DNA of 61,067 nt, the filler included. It is 5 parts of 5 records of this genome, joined end to end, with 100 filler letters (N's around TTAATTAATTAA, not from the genome) between each part and the next. Parts side by side here need not be neighbours in the genome. Positions count along the whole stretch, not along the records: positions 27,985 to 40,403 come from SRR31147125_2575; positions 40,504 to 55,121 come from SRR31147125_2577; 3 more parts are not named here. One strand, 5' to 3'. Position 1 is the stretch's first letter; each line of letters opens with the position of its first letter. Position numbers and translations under genes: made by a program. This document shows, piece after piece, positions 30,732 to 40,514 of the stretch. Below the pieces are notes generated by a model that saw nothing but the letters and a program-made list of their open reading frames with translations, was not told the DNA's origin and ran no database searches.

Positions 30732-30786
30732 GACATATACTTTTTAAATAAAGGCTTTCACACCAATTAGATTATTGGACAATTAT

Positions 30787-32571
30787 TTATCGGAGTAATA
30801 AAATTTTTTTTACGATTGAAAATTCACCTGCTTTCAATCGGCAAAAATAAGTACCACTTGATACCCTCACATTATTTTTATCCTTACCATCCCATTTAAT
30901 TATTTTTTGTCCGGCTGCTTGCTTTTCTAGTACCAGGCTTATTATTTTTCGTCCAGCTATATCAAATATCGAAAGGTCTATATCATTTGAATAAGGAAGA
31001 CTATAGCAAATTTCAGTATAGGGATTAAAGGGATTAGGATAATTCTGTTGAAGGTTAAATCGATTAGGGAATTTAACGATTATTGATATTGTATGTGAAT
31101 ATTCGTCCGAGCCACATGAATTTAGTAGTTTAAGTCGATATCTATAATTACCTTCTTTTATATTTTTATCTAAAAATCGATATCTTTGTTGTATATTAAT
31201 ATTTCCATTACCTTCAATAAATCCAATTTTTGTGAAGGATTCTCTCTTGTAACTTCGCTCAATATCAAAGCCGAGGTTATCGCTTGCTGATAGAGTTATC
31301 CAGTTAAGTTCAATGGCATTATCTTTCAAACATGCTTCGAAAGATAATAACTTCACTGATAATGCTTGATCATACTCAAAAGCTCCAATATCAGGTGCCA
31401 CACCACTATAGGGGATGCCCACCTCTGTACCTGCATCAATAGCTAAACTACCTTCTCTAAGATGAAAATCACCTGTAAGAGCATCAACGAATAATGGATC
31501 GGCATCAACAGCATTATTATCTATGGCACCGGAACCGATAGATGAAGGTTGCCAATAGAGATTGTGGCTTACCTTTAGTGAATTGACATTTATCGCGTTT
31601 ATATTTCCTGAGCTATTGGAACAAAAAATGTTATTCATTACAATAATACTGTCTGCAATGTCACCATCAATAAATATTCCACTTTTATTTTTATAAAATG
31701 TGTTATTATAAATTGCAATATTCTTATTGGTTCCACCATACCTTAAAGTGATACCAAATTCGCTGTTATAAGTTACAACGTTATTCCGCACCACAACGTC
31801 CATAATTGGTATACCACCTGGTGGATCCGCACCACTGGAAATAATTATCCCAGATCTTGATAAAGAACCACTCACAACGTTATTTTCTATTAAAAGATTT
31901 TTTATTACAGGGGGAGGCTCTTTTGGATATTTATCTTCGTCATATACATGCAACCCATATTTAGCCATACCTGTTATATAATTATTGCGTATGATGTTGT
32001 TACTGCCATGCATAATATAAATACCATGGCTTTCTGAATCAGTTATATCAACGATATTTCCCTGGATAATACTATTATTCCCAATAAAATATAAAGGTGG
32101 ATATGTTTGAAATCCTTCAAAGTGATTATCTACAATTTCTATATACTCATGAATGCCTCCCCAACTAACAGCCTGGACAAAGGAATTTCCGCCTATTTCT
32201 CCTCTAAAAATCAATCCCTGAATGCGGACATAACTTTCATCAATAATAATTCGAGCATTTGTAAAAATGGCATTTTCACCCGTAAAAGCTTTCAAAGTCC
32301 AAAATTCATTCTTTGCACCATTTCCCCGCCTATTCGCATTTAACCACATTTCATGTTCTGTATATGTGCCTTCTCGAACAAGTATAGTATCCCCTCCGCC
32401 AGAATTTTGCCATGCATGCAAAACTGTATACCAGGGAGAATTGATTGAACCATTATTTTTATCGCTGCCGGTCGTTGATAAAAAAAATGTTCTGGCATTA
32501 GCTGGCGGTAAAATCAAAACCAAAATTACCAGAATTTCTTTTAACGGTATTTTGACGTAAGAACATCCCAT
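30787..32571 (-). CDS. Secreted right-handed parallel beta-helix (pectin-lyase-fold) protein with FlgD/sorting tail
   Basis: GSDKNNGSINSPWYT, IRNN/IENN/IYNNT repeats, DPLFVD..DFHL..AIDAG..PDIGAFEY, QNYPNPFNP and SSGTYFCRL. Confidence 0.85.
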   Translation of the reverse strand: MGCSYVKIPLKEILVILVLILPPANARTFFLSTTGSDKNNGSINSPWYTVLHAWQNSGGGDTILVREGTYTEHEMWLNANRRGNGAKNEFWTLKAFTGENAIFTNARIIIDESYVRIQGLIFRGEIGGNSFVQAVSWGGIHEYIEIVDNHFEGFQTYPPLYFIGNNSIIQGNIVDITDSESHGIYIMHGSNNIIRNNYITGMAKYGLHVYDEDKYPKEPPPVIKNLLIENNVVSGSLSRSGIIISSGADPPGGIPIMDVVVRNNVVTYNSEFGITLRYGGTNKNIAIYNNTFYKNKSGIFIDGDIADSIIVMNNIFCSNSSGNINAINVNSLKVSHNLYWQPSSIGSGAIDNNAVDADPLFVDALTGDFHLREGSLAIDAGTEVGIPYSGVAPDIGAFEYDQALSVKLLSFEACLKDNAIELNWITLSASDNLGFDIERSYKRESFTKIGFIEGNGNINIQQRYRFLDKNIKEGNYRYRLKLLNSCGSDEYSHTISIIVKFPNRFNLQQNYPNPFNPYTEICYSLPYSNDIDLSIFDIAGRKIISLVLEKQAAGQKIIKWDGKDKNNVRVSSGTYFCRLKAGEFSIVKKILLLR

Positions 32572-32634
32572 TCTTCTGTTTTCTTTTCTGAATGGAAAAT
32601 TGTTAGTAGTAAAGCTCTGTTTATCATATCTTTT

Positions 32635-34491
32635 CTATCTTAACATTAAATCCGTGGTATAAATTTTCATAATCTGGTTCTGTGTTGCATTCCACATATA
32701 CATGGATTTACTCGGTTCAATTTGGGTCAACCTACTCTTTATTCTATTTTGAATTTCATTCTTATCAATCATATCACATTTGAGGCTATCAGCAATATTT
32801 TGCAGTTCCTGGCCTTTACGCAGACATTCAAAGTTAGCCCAACCTAATGGTGTTGGTTTGTAGCGACCGTGGGTAACACGACAGATTTTCCAGGATATAA
32901 ACTCTAACAATTTTCTAAACACACGCGACACCTCCAGTAATGGTATTGGGATTTTCGAATTGAAAAAAGCCGCCGCATTTGGATACTGTAATAATCCAGA
33001 ATCGTAACGACGTAGTATGGCTTGTTGGAGAGAATGAACAATTTTAAATGTTAAAGGAATTCTACTGGTCAAATTAAAAAGTTCCTGGTCTGTGAAAGGA
33101 ATGGCAATATTCACATCTGAGCGACAGCTTAATATTTGGGGTGTTAAATATTGACCTCCAAAGTATTCTGCTGTATACGCCTCAATAAGTTTATCAACAT
33201 TTTTTACCCCGCGTGCGTTTAATCTACTTACAAATTCTTCCATATCAGCACGCATCTCCTCCTTGATATTTATAGTATTCCAATATTCAGATCGTACATA
33301 CCAGGGTTTGTTAATTTGGTCTAGACGTAAGAAATCATAAAAACTACTGGCGTCTTTACTATTTTTATAAATTCGGTTACGACGCAGATGTAAAAAATGT
33401 AATGTGACAAAAGATATTTTATCCCACTCACTTATTGGCAACATTGGCCAATGCTTGCCATGGCGTCCACCGATAACCTCGCCTAATACCCCGGCAAAGG
33501 CACAATCGATACCTTCTTTGGCAAATCGAACTCCGGCTTGATGAAAGAAAGGGAAAACAACATTTTCCACACGGTCAAATCCTCGTTGAAGAGTTTGTAG
33601 ATCAAACATACTGCCATTTAAAGGCTCAAGGTGATATTTTATACCTAAACCTTTAAACATCTGTTTTGCTATAACAAGTTCTCGACTTTTTAGGTCACCA
33701 TGGGAATAACAAAGCAGATTACTAGTTTCGCCAAGTTCTAAAAAAGCAGATAGAAGGAGTCGTGTGTCCCATCCTGACGAGGCCATTAAAGCATGTTGGT
33801 GACTTGATCCAAGGCAACGCTGCATTGTACTTACAAAGATATTCCAGGTGTAATTCACTAATTCTTTAAATACAATCTCGTCATCATAATCCCTCCAAGC
33901 CCGGCTATTCTCATATAAATTTATATGGTTGTTTATTTGTTGATAAGCTAAAGCCTGCCCTGGCATAAGACGGTGAATTTCTTTAAAAAATGTTCGTCCC
34001 GCAAGAATGAAACCATATTTCATAAATTGTATCATTGCAATAGGATCAGGTGTAGCCTTTACTATCTTGGATAAGGGTCGCAAATGACTGCTGAAAAGAA
34101 GGCCACCATTTACTCTGCAATAGTAGAGTGGGAAAACTCCTGTCCATTCTGTTGCAAGATGTAAGGTCTGATTATCTGATTCCAAAACTGCCACATTTCC
34201 CTTACAATTCCCTCCCAGCTCGATTCTGTTATTCCGGAAATGAAAAAGTGATGGTTCTCCTTTTTGTGAAAATTGTTGTGCATTTTTATAGAGAGAATTC
34301 TCACCATCTACCGCAAAATTTAATCCACCTGTTGTAACATGTAGTGCCGAATCTTTCAAAAAAGCATGTCCTCCAATAAATCCATCAGGTAAGGAGATTG
34401 ACTCACATTCACCCCATATTGAGTTAAAAGAGTCCTTTAAAGCTTCATAATGTTCTGATTTACCTCCTAAACCGCCAAAAATGCCTGGCAT
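32635..34491 (-). CDS. Asparagine synthase-related amide ligase lacking the catalytic Cys2
   Basis: Starts MPGIFG. Contains GVFPLYY, LLFSSHL, RTFFKEIHRL, PP-loop-like SSGWDTR and PFTDQEL. Confidence 0.75.
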   Translation of the reverse strand: MPGIFGGLGGKSEHYEALKDSFNSIWGECESISLPDGFIGGHAFLKDSALHVTTGGLNFAVDGENSLYKNAQQFSQKGEPSLFHFRNNRIELGGNCKGNVAVLESDNQTLHLATEWTGVFPLYYCRVNGGLLFSSHLRPLSKIVKATPDPIAMIQFMKYGFILAGRTFFKEIHRLMPGQALAYQQINNHINLYENSRAWRDYDDEIVFKELVNYTWNIFVSTMQRCLGSSHQHALMASSGWDTRLLLSAFLELGETSNLLCYSHGDLKSRELVIAKQMFKGLGIKYHLEPLNGSMFDLQTLQRGFDRVENVVFPFFHQAGVRFAKEGIDCAFAGVLGEVIGGRHGKHWPMLPISEWDKISFVTLHFLHLRRNRIYKNSKDASSFYDFLRLDQINKPWYVRSEYWNTINIKEEMRADMEEFVSRLNARGVKNVDKLIEAYTAEYFGGQYLTPQILSCRSDVNIAIPFTDQELFNLTSRIPLTFKIVHSLQQAILRRYDSGLLQYPNAAAFFNSKIPIPLLEVSRVFRKLLEFISWKICRVTHGRYKPTPLGWANFECLRKGQELQNIADSLKCDMIDKNEIQNRIKSRLTQIEPSKSMYMWNATQNQIMKIYTTDLMLR

Positions 34492-34878
34492 GATTTACTC
34501 CTTTATGTCATTAAATAATATTGTATCTGAAAAACATTTTATGAATTTCCAAAAGTTTACAATATTTGACAAACACAATTTATATGTGACGCATTCAACA
34601 CAAACCAGGCGATCATTCATGATTTTTACACCTTGTCCTTGTACAACCCTTCCCACAATCCAAGATAACTCATTCGAATCGGTCATGAGTTTGATTAACC
34701 GTGGTTTCGTTATTAATCTTGTAAACGGCTGCATCATCGCTGACATTCAAACGGCAGTGATTAGAGATGTTAAACGGATTTGATCTTAGTCCACAGCATT
34801 TCCCCCTCATACTATGATTATTAATAAGATATGTAAAGTGTAAATTATTAGTCAATATAGAGAAATTTCCTTTTTCCA

Positions 34879-35765
34879 TTACATTAAAGCCGTACTAAAA
34901 TATCGTTCAGCTCGGTCGGGAAGAACAGTGGCTACCTTACCATTAATTCTTGAGGCCAGTTGTCGTGCTGCCCATACATTTGCACCTGCAGAAATTCCAA
35001 CTAAAAGGCCATAGTCTCTACCCATTTGTCTGGTAGTCTCAATGGCATCTTCATCGGAAACTTCAACCACATCGTCAACCAATGACACGTCCAAAACAGC
35101 GGGTATAAACCCATCACCAATCCCCTGTATTTGGTGCAGTCCCGGTTCGTGACCCAGGATGGCAGAATGATTCTTTGGCTCCACTGCAATAATTTTGACG
35201 TTTTTTTTGTGCTCCTTTAGAAACTTACCAACTCCCTGAAGTGTACCTCCACTGCCAACGCCAGCAACAAAACAGGCGATTTCACCACTTGATTGCTGCC
35301 ACAGTTCTCGGGCTGTTTTTTCGTAATGAACGCGTGGGTTATCTGGATTTTCAAACTGTTGGGGAATGAAAATGTGTGGATTTTGCAGGGCCATTTGTTT
35401 AGTGTGTTCTATTGCACCTCCAATGTTTTCCTCAGCAGGCGTGAGTATAAGTTCTGCTCCGAGAGTACGGATCAACTTTTTACGTTCCTCACTCATGTTT
35501 TCTGGCATCACTATTTGGACCTTATATCCCTTTAATCGACCCACAAGTGCAATACCAATTCCTGTATTCCCAGATGTAGGTTCTATAATGATTGAGCTAT
35601 CGTTTAATTGACCATTTCGCTCAGCTCCTTCAATCATTGCCAGTGCTACACGATCTTTGATACTCCCGCCAGGATTGAGGAATTCTGCCTTTGCAAAAAT
35701 ATTTTCTTTTTCAAGTGAATCAGGGGAGTATTTCCAATTAAATTCAGAATATTATCGGTTAACAT
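34879..35765 (-). CDS. cysK: Cysteine synthase A (N-terminus split by a 1-nt deletion)
   Basis: LIGNTPL, then +1 A near 35710, then KAEFLNPGGSIKDR; also EPTSGNTG, GVGSGGT, HQIQGIG and PDRAERYFST. Confidence 0.92.
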
Positions 35766-35864
35766 AGGCTTTTCAATCAATTTGACGAATATCAATTCTC
35801 TTTTATTACGGATATATTTCCTTTTGAACTTTGCATTTAAAACCTCTATTAGAAAATAGCAGAA

Positions 35865-35939
35865 TAGAAGCGGTACCTGGAGTCGAACCATGGAATTGAG
35901 GTTTTACAGCCCTCAGCAGCACAACTGGGCTTTGTTTCC
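35865..35939 (-). pseudogene. Decayed tRNA-Cys (anticodon position now GTA)
   Basis: The minus strand reads GGAAACA AA GCC CAGTTGTGC TGC T GAGGG CTGTAAA ACCTC AATTC CATGG TTCGACT CCAGG TACCGCT T CTA. This is colinear with a typical 75-nt bacterial tRNA-Cys recalled from memory. The acceptor stem is broken and CCA has become CTA. Confidence 0.7.
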
Positions 35940-35985
35940 TATAGCTATTTGCATATTGTATCGCTGATCAGAAATTATTCAATGC

Positions 35986-37191
35986 TTAATCAATTAGTTT
36001 TTTGATCACTTTTATCATTCTATCAAGATGCTCCAAAGAAAGATCCTGGTGGATTGGCAAACCTAATACATGTTCTTTTAAAAATACAGCCTGTGGAAAT
36101 TTATTCCACGGTACCGCTTCATGTTTGTATTTCCAATATTGATGGGGTTTAATACTATTTTCTCTAAATCTTTTATAAACATATTGTCGATCTTTCACTA
36201 AAATTGGAAAAATTAGAGGACAGACTCCCTGCGGTAGATTATCGAAAACGACTTTAATATTTTGCATTTCGGGCAATTTAGTAAGAAGGTATTTGAAATT
36301 TCTACGTCTTGTTTCTTTAATTTTCCTATAGTCAATAGTACTCATAATTCTCTCAGATAATATCGAAATTTTCCACTTTATCATTTCTCTTCTGAACTCA
36401 TAATAATTAACATGTACAAGTGCTAAACTATCATATAAAGACATCTTTCTAATGATTCTGAGTATAAACTTTGTATTCTTATTTAGAAAAGCCAAGCCAT
36501 TAATGATCATATCTGTAATTATTTTTTGAATCATCAGATAATCTACACGAGTTCTACCCTGCAAAAGTTCAATAGCTATAAATAAATCTGATAGTATGCT
36601 GGGTCTATTCAACTTTTCCTTAAATTTATAGTTTTCATTATTTATTACTAAAGCCCCCCCATTTGGAATGGGTAATGTTTTTCTTAGACTGAAAATGCTT
36701 ATATCGCCAAATGTCCCAACATTTTTCGATTTATATACGGTCAAAAAAGCGTGGGCACAATCTTCAATCAAAAAAAGCCCTCTGGTGTCACAAATTTCTC
36801 TAATTTCATCTATTGGTTGTGGGAAACCAAAATAATGAGTTACAAGAATTGCCGCAGTATGTGCATCTATTTGTTTTATCATATCCTCTATATCTATTGC
36901 TAGATTTCTTTTAATTCCATAATACTTTACTTTAACTTTTTGATCTAATATTGGATCTATTTCGGTTCCACAATTATAAGAAGGAATTAAAATATTATGC
37001 TTGGGAGAAATTCCTAACACCTTGATCCCTGCCCCAATTGCATATCGTGCACTAAAGAAGAGATGATAATTTTTTGAATTCAACGGATATACATGCATGT
37101 TCCTTTTTCTTCTTTTCATCATAACATCTTTTAAACTGAAACAGGGTGTCTGCCCAATTAGCATATTTCTATTTTCCTTTATATGTAGCAT
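35986..37191 (-). CDS. DegT/DnrJ/EryC1/StrS-like PLP-dependent protein
   Basis: Motifs THYFGFPQ, IEDCAHA, FSLRKTLP (PLP lysine), RRRNF and LPIHQDL. Confidence 0.85.
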   Translation of the reverse strand: MLHIKENRNMLIGQTPCFSLKDVMMKRRKRNMHVYPLNSKNYHLFFSARYAIGAGIKVLGISPKHNILIPSYNCGTEIDPILDQKVKVKYYGIKRNLAIDIEDMIKQIDAHTAAILVTHYFGFPQPIDEIREICDTRGLFLIEDCAHAFLTVYKSKNVGTFGDISIFSLRKTLPIPNGGALVINNENYKFKEKLNRPSILSDLFIAIELLQGRTRVDYLMIQKIITDMIINGLAFLNKNTKFILRIIRKMSLYDSLALVHVNYYEFRREMIKWKISILSERIMSTIDYRKIKETRRRNFKYLLTKLPEMQNIKVVFDNLPQGVCPLIFPILVKDRQYVYKRFRENSIKPHQYWKYKHEAVPWNKFPQAVFLKEHVLGLPIHQDLSLEHLDRMIKVIKKLID

Positions 37192-37203
37192 TTTATGGCA
37201 TTA

Positions 37204-38439
37204 CTATTTTTTATTATTAATAACTATTATTTTAATTACTTCCATTTTTTTTAAAATCTTACGAACTACTCTTTTTAATTTTTCATTAAAAAAATATATA
37301 AACGGTGATGGATCATCCATAGCTTTCAAAGCATAAGTACGTTTTCCTCCATAAGATAAGATGAATTCTTTAAGACGAATGTCACCCTTTCTCAAATAAG
37401 TTTGGATATAAGCGAAATCCTCAGGTTCATTAATCCATTTAATCCCTTCCTTAAAATGATTTAAAGGTTCGGGATCTTTTCCTAGAGCATCTAAATATGC
37501 GATATAGGGAATATCCATTCCAGAATTTATGCTACTCCCTTCCTGATTATCTGTTCTTCCAACGGTCGGCTCTGTTATCTTAAAGTTATGGTTTTTCTTG
37601 GAACGCTTAAATTCGACAGAACAAATGCCTATACAGCCAGCCGTATTCAATAATCTTAGTGATTCATCTGCTACGTATGATTCCCATCTACTTTCTGCGA
37701 GAGTAGCTGTTCCTATTAAGACAGGAAACTGTCTGATTTTTTTACCCGTAAACACAGCTAACGGTTTTTGAGTTCTATCAATGTAGGTTAAACAATAAAA
37801 TATGTCTTCATCAGTACCATCAATCCATTCTTGTACAATCATCGATATATTTGAAATGTTAAATTTTTTGAAAAAATTAAAATAATCATCTTTGGATTTT
37901 GCAAATAAAATTTTGTCGATTTTAGACACATTTGTTTCCCATAATTCATTTCGAAACTCTGGTTTTATTACACACGGATAGCTGATTAAATTACCCACCC
38001 TTTCTATATCTTCTCTGTTGCTGGTAAAAAATGTTTGCGGAACATCAAAGCCATTCTTTATAGCAAATTCATGAAATGATTTTTTACTCATCAGCATATT
38101 TACGGTTGCTTTTGGAGGTAAAACAAAATGATAATATTCTTCAAGTTCATTTTCATATTGGGAGACTGTCAATACACTTGAATCAGAAGTACAAAAAAGC
38201 ACTCCTTTTTGCTCTAAAGAGCGACCAATTTCTATTAATTTCTCAAATAGTAGCTCTCCGTCTAATTTTTCACAGTGAATCTTTCTACAATATTTACTTT
38301 TTGCGGCATATTGAGAATGATTTGTACTAATTGCTATCACATCAATTGATTTTCTACCCAGGCTTCGAATGACACTTAGAGCATTAATAGATAGTCCGAC
38401 GACCACAGCAATCGAATTTTTTGCTTCAAATCTTCCCAT
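37204..38439 (-). CDS. ATP-grasp carboxylate-amine ligase (D-aspartate-ligase-like)
   Basis: Motifs NALSVIRSLG, SKYC, YPCVIKP, VQEWIDG, KIRQFP, VEFK and GMDIPYIAYLD. Confidence 0.8.
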   Translation of the reverse strand: MGRFEAKNSIAVVVGLSINALSVIRSLGRKSIDVIAISTNHSQYAAKSKYCRKIHCEKLDGELLFEKLIEIGRSLEQKGVLFCTSDSSVLTVSQYENELEEYYHFVLPPKATVNMLMSKKSFHEFAIKNGFDVPQTFFTSNREDIERVGNLISYPCVIKPEFRNELWETNVSKIDKILFAKSKDDYFNFFKKFNISNISMIVQEWIDGTDEDIFYCLTYIDRTQKPLAVFTGKKIRQFPVLIGTATLAESRWESYVADESLRLLNTAGCIGICSVEFKRSKKNHNFKITEPTVGRTDNQEGSSINSGMDIPYIAYLDALGKDPEPLNHFKEGIKWINEPEDFAYIQTYLRKGDIRLKEFILSYGGKRTYALKAMDDPSPFIYFFNEKLKRVVRKILKKMEVIKIIVINNKK

Positions 38440-38503
38440 AATAATAAAAACTATCCATCGATTAATCGTTCAAAAATCTAATTTTTATTTAATCATTTCA
38501 GAA

Positions 38504-40185
38504 TTAGGTCACATTCGTGGTAATTGTATGTAATCTGTGGTTACAAATATCTGTGGTTGTAATTATTTTGTATTTTTGAAAATCTAGCGATTCCAATAGT
38601 TCTATTTTTCGATGATCCGTTAATCTGGCATATACAAACAAACCAATATATTTCTGTTTTACTAACTCTCTAAAGATTTTATTGAACATCTTGACAAGTA
38701 AACCATCATGCAATTTGAAATCCAGGGGTTAAAATCGTATAGAATGATTTGATCGTTTTTAATATTAAGAACTCCATCACCTGCATTGTTCTGCGTAAGC
38801 CAAAAATAATTTTGAATCGTACCGTCTTTAACAATTAAGTAACAGTTCTCATTTTCTAGTCGCTCCTTTAAATTGGTCAGATTTTTTGCCTTTGTCGCTA
38901 CTGCTAAATGATCTATATCATCTAGATCTGCAATTTTGCATAAAAGTTCATTAGTTTCACTTTCACTTTTTACCAGGTTCAAGTTTTTATAAAAAACGAA
39001 TAATTGACTTTTTTTAACAATATGTATCTTTTTTTCTCTAATCTGCTCTTTTATATTCTTGATTTTCTTCTTAAAGTTTTTTAAGACTGTTAAAATTTGT
39101 ACTAATGACTTTTTTCCATTTACATATGAAGCTACTTTTAACCTGATAAAGTAAAAATAGGAATAAAATGTTTTCTTATGTCCCCCAATAATATTCATTT
39201 GATTAATTGGATATGATGCCATCTCTCGTTTAAATCGTTCTTCACCTCTTCCAATATCAAATTTCTTTATATCTTTATCTATAAAAGTACTTTCAAGAAT
39301 TTTATAGAATAAAATGATCCCTGGTGAAAAGGCATAGAAGGTTGGGTCATAGGTAGTCTTAAGTCCGTATAGCGTATTTTTAAATTTTATGCCAAACATG
39401 TATGCAATAGGGCGATCATCTAAATACAAACAATAAACAACATATTTTCCCTTTTTACTAAATTCCCGAGCAATTCTATAATAAAACTCGGCATTTTTTT
39501 CTTTTCCTTTCCATGTTTGTTCATGAAATTCAAAAAATATACTCAAGTGTTCTACAATTTTATCAGTTTCGGTAATTGCCTGAATTGAGAGCCTTCCTAA
39601 CTTTTCTATCCTTCTTATTTTTCTTCGAAATTCTTTTCTCGTCTTGGGGGCAATTTTAGCAAGACCTTCTTCCCAGGATGCGTTTGTTGGGGCGCACCAA
39701 CTTCTTGCCTGTAAAAACTGATAAAAATAAACATTCTTTTTTTTACACAAATCTTTTAAAATCTCCAGGTTTTCTGAGCCTCTTCTTATTTCCCTCAATT
39801 CCATCAAATCCCATAATCTAACATGTCCAAGCAGATGATCTATAATTGCTTCTAATGCTTCACGTTTTTTTTGGGTTAAAATAAAATCTTGAATGGGTGT
39901 ATGAACATTTTCAAGAAATCGAAGCTTTTTTATTGGGATGCCATGTTCTTTTTCAATTGAAATCAAAAATGGTGCTATGGCGATTACTTTTTTCTCATCC
40001 TTAACGAGTAGAATAAACAACTTTTCATTTTTTTCAAAATATTCGATAGCTATTCTGAACCAATCAAACGATAAGTAAGGATTGTCGATCTCTGATTGAA
40101 TTATTAATCTATCCCAAATATCTTTCATCTTAAGAAAATCATTGTACTCGGTTATTTCTTGAATGGATAACATATAAGCCTCCAT
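38504..40185 (-). CDS. GNAT acetyltransferase, CelD/BcsL (Acetyltransf_6 / FemAB-like); C-terminus split by a 1-nt deletion
   Basis: Motifs PYLSFDW, AIAPF, YDPTFYAFSPGIIL and FDIGRGEERFK. One C added at ~38726 joins ORF 38504-38713 (NPLDFKLHDGLLVKM). Confidence 0.8.
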
Positions 40186-40403
40186 CGCATTAATTAATAC
40201 AGGACTGATAAATCAGTGTAAAAGGCTATATCCTCAAAAAGCTAACATTTAATAGCTGTCATTATATGCGTCTCAACGTTCTTAAAATTATTATTTCTGC
40301 AGGTATTGTTGATATGATCATATTAAATAAATGTGCCGATCACAAACAATTAGATTAAAATTAATAATTTCTATAAGCTAAATTTCTCTAAATAATATTT
40401 TTT

Positions 40404-40503
40404 NNNNNNNNNNNNNNNNNNNNNNNNNNNNNNNNNNNNNNNNNNNNTTAATTAATTAANNNNNNNNNNNNNNNNNNNNNNNNNNNNNNNNNNNNNNNNN
40501 NNN
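40404..40503. other. Artificial contig spacer
   Basis: 44 N + TTAATTAATTAA + 44 N. Confidence 0.97.
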
Positions 40504-40514
40504 TTTTTTCCTTT

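Noticed and set aside
34481-34879. Short ORFs between cysK and the Asn-synthase-like gene
   Set aside because: They overlap each other, have no recognisable family, and I could not repair them into a sensible protein.
35766-35891. N-terminal part of track ORF 35646-35891
   Set aside because: It reads through the tRNA remnant; the real cysK start is ATG 35765.
35865-35939. Functional tRNA-Tyr(GTA)
   Set aside because: There is no long variable arm, the acceptor stem is unpaired and CCA is absent; the body resembles tRNA-Cys.
40322-40340. Sigma54 promoter upstream of the GNAT gene (CGGCACATTTATTTA, minus strand)
   Set aside because: The -24 element is plausible but the -12 GC is missing.
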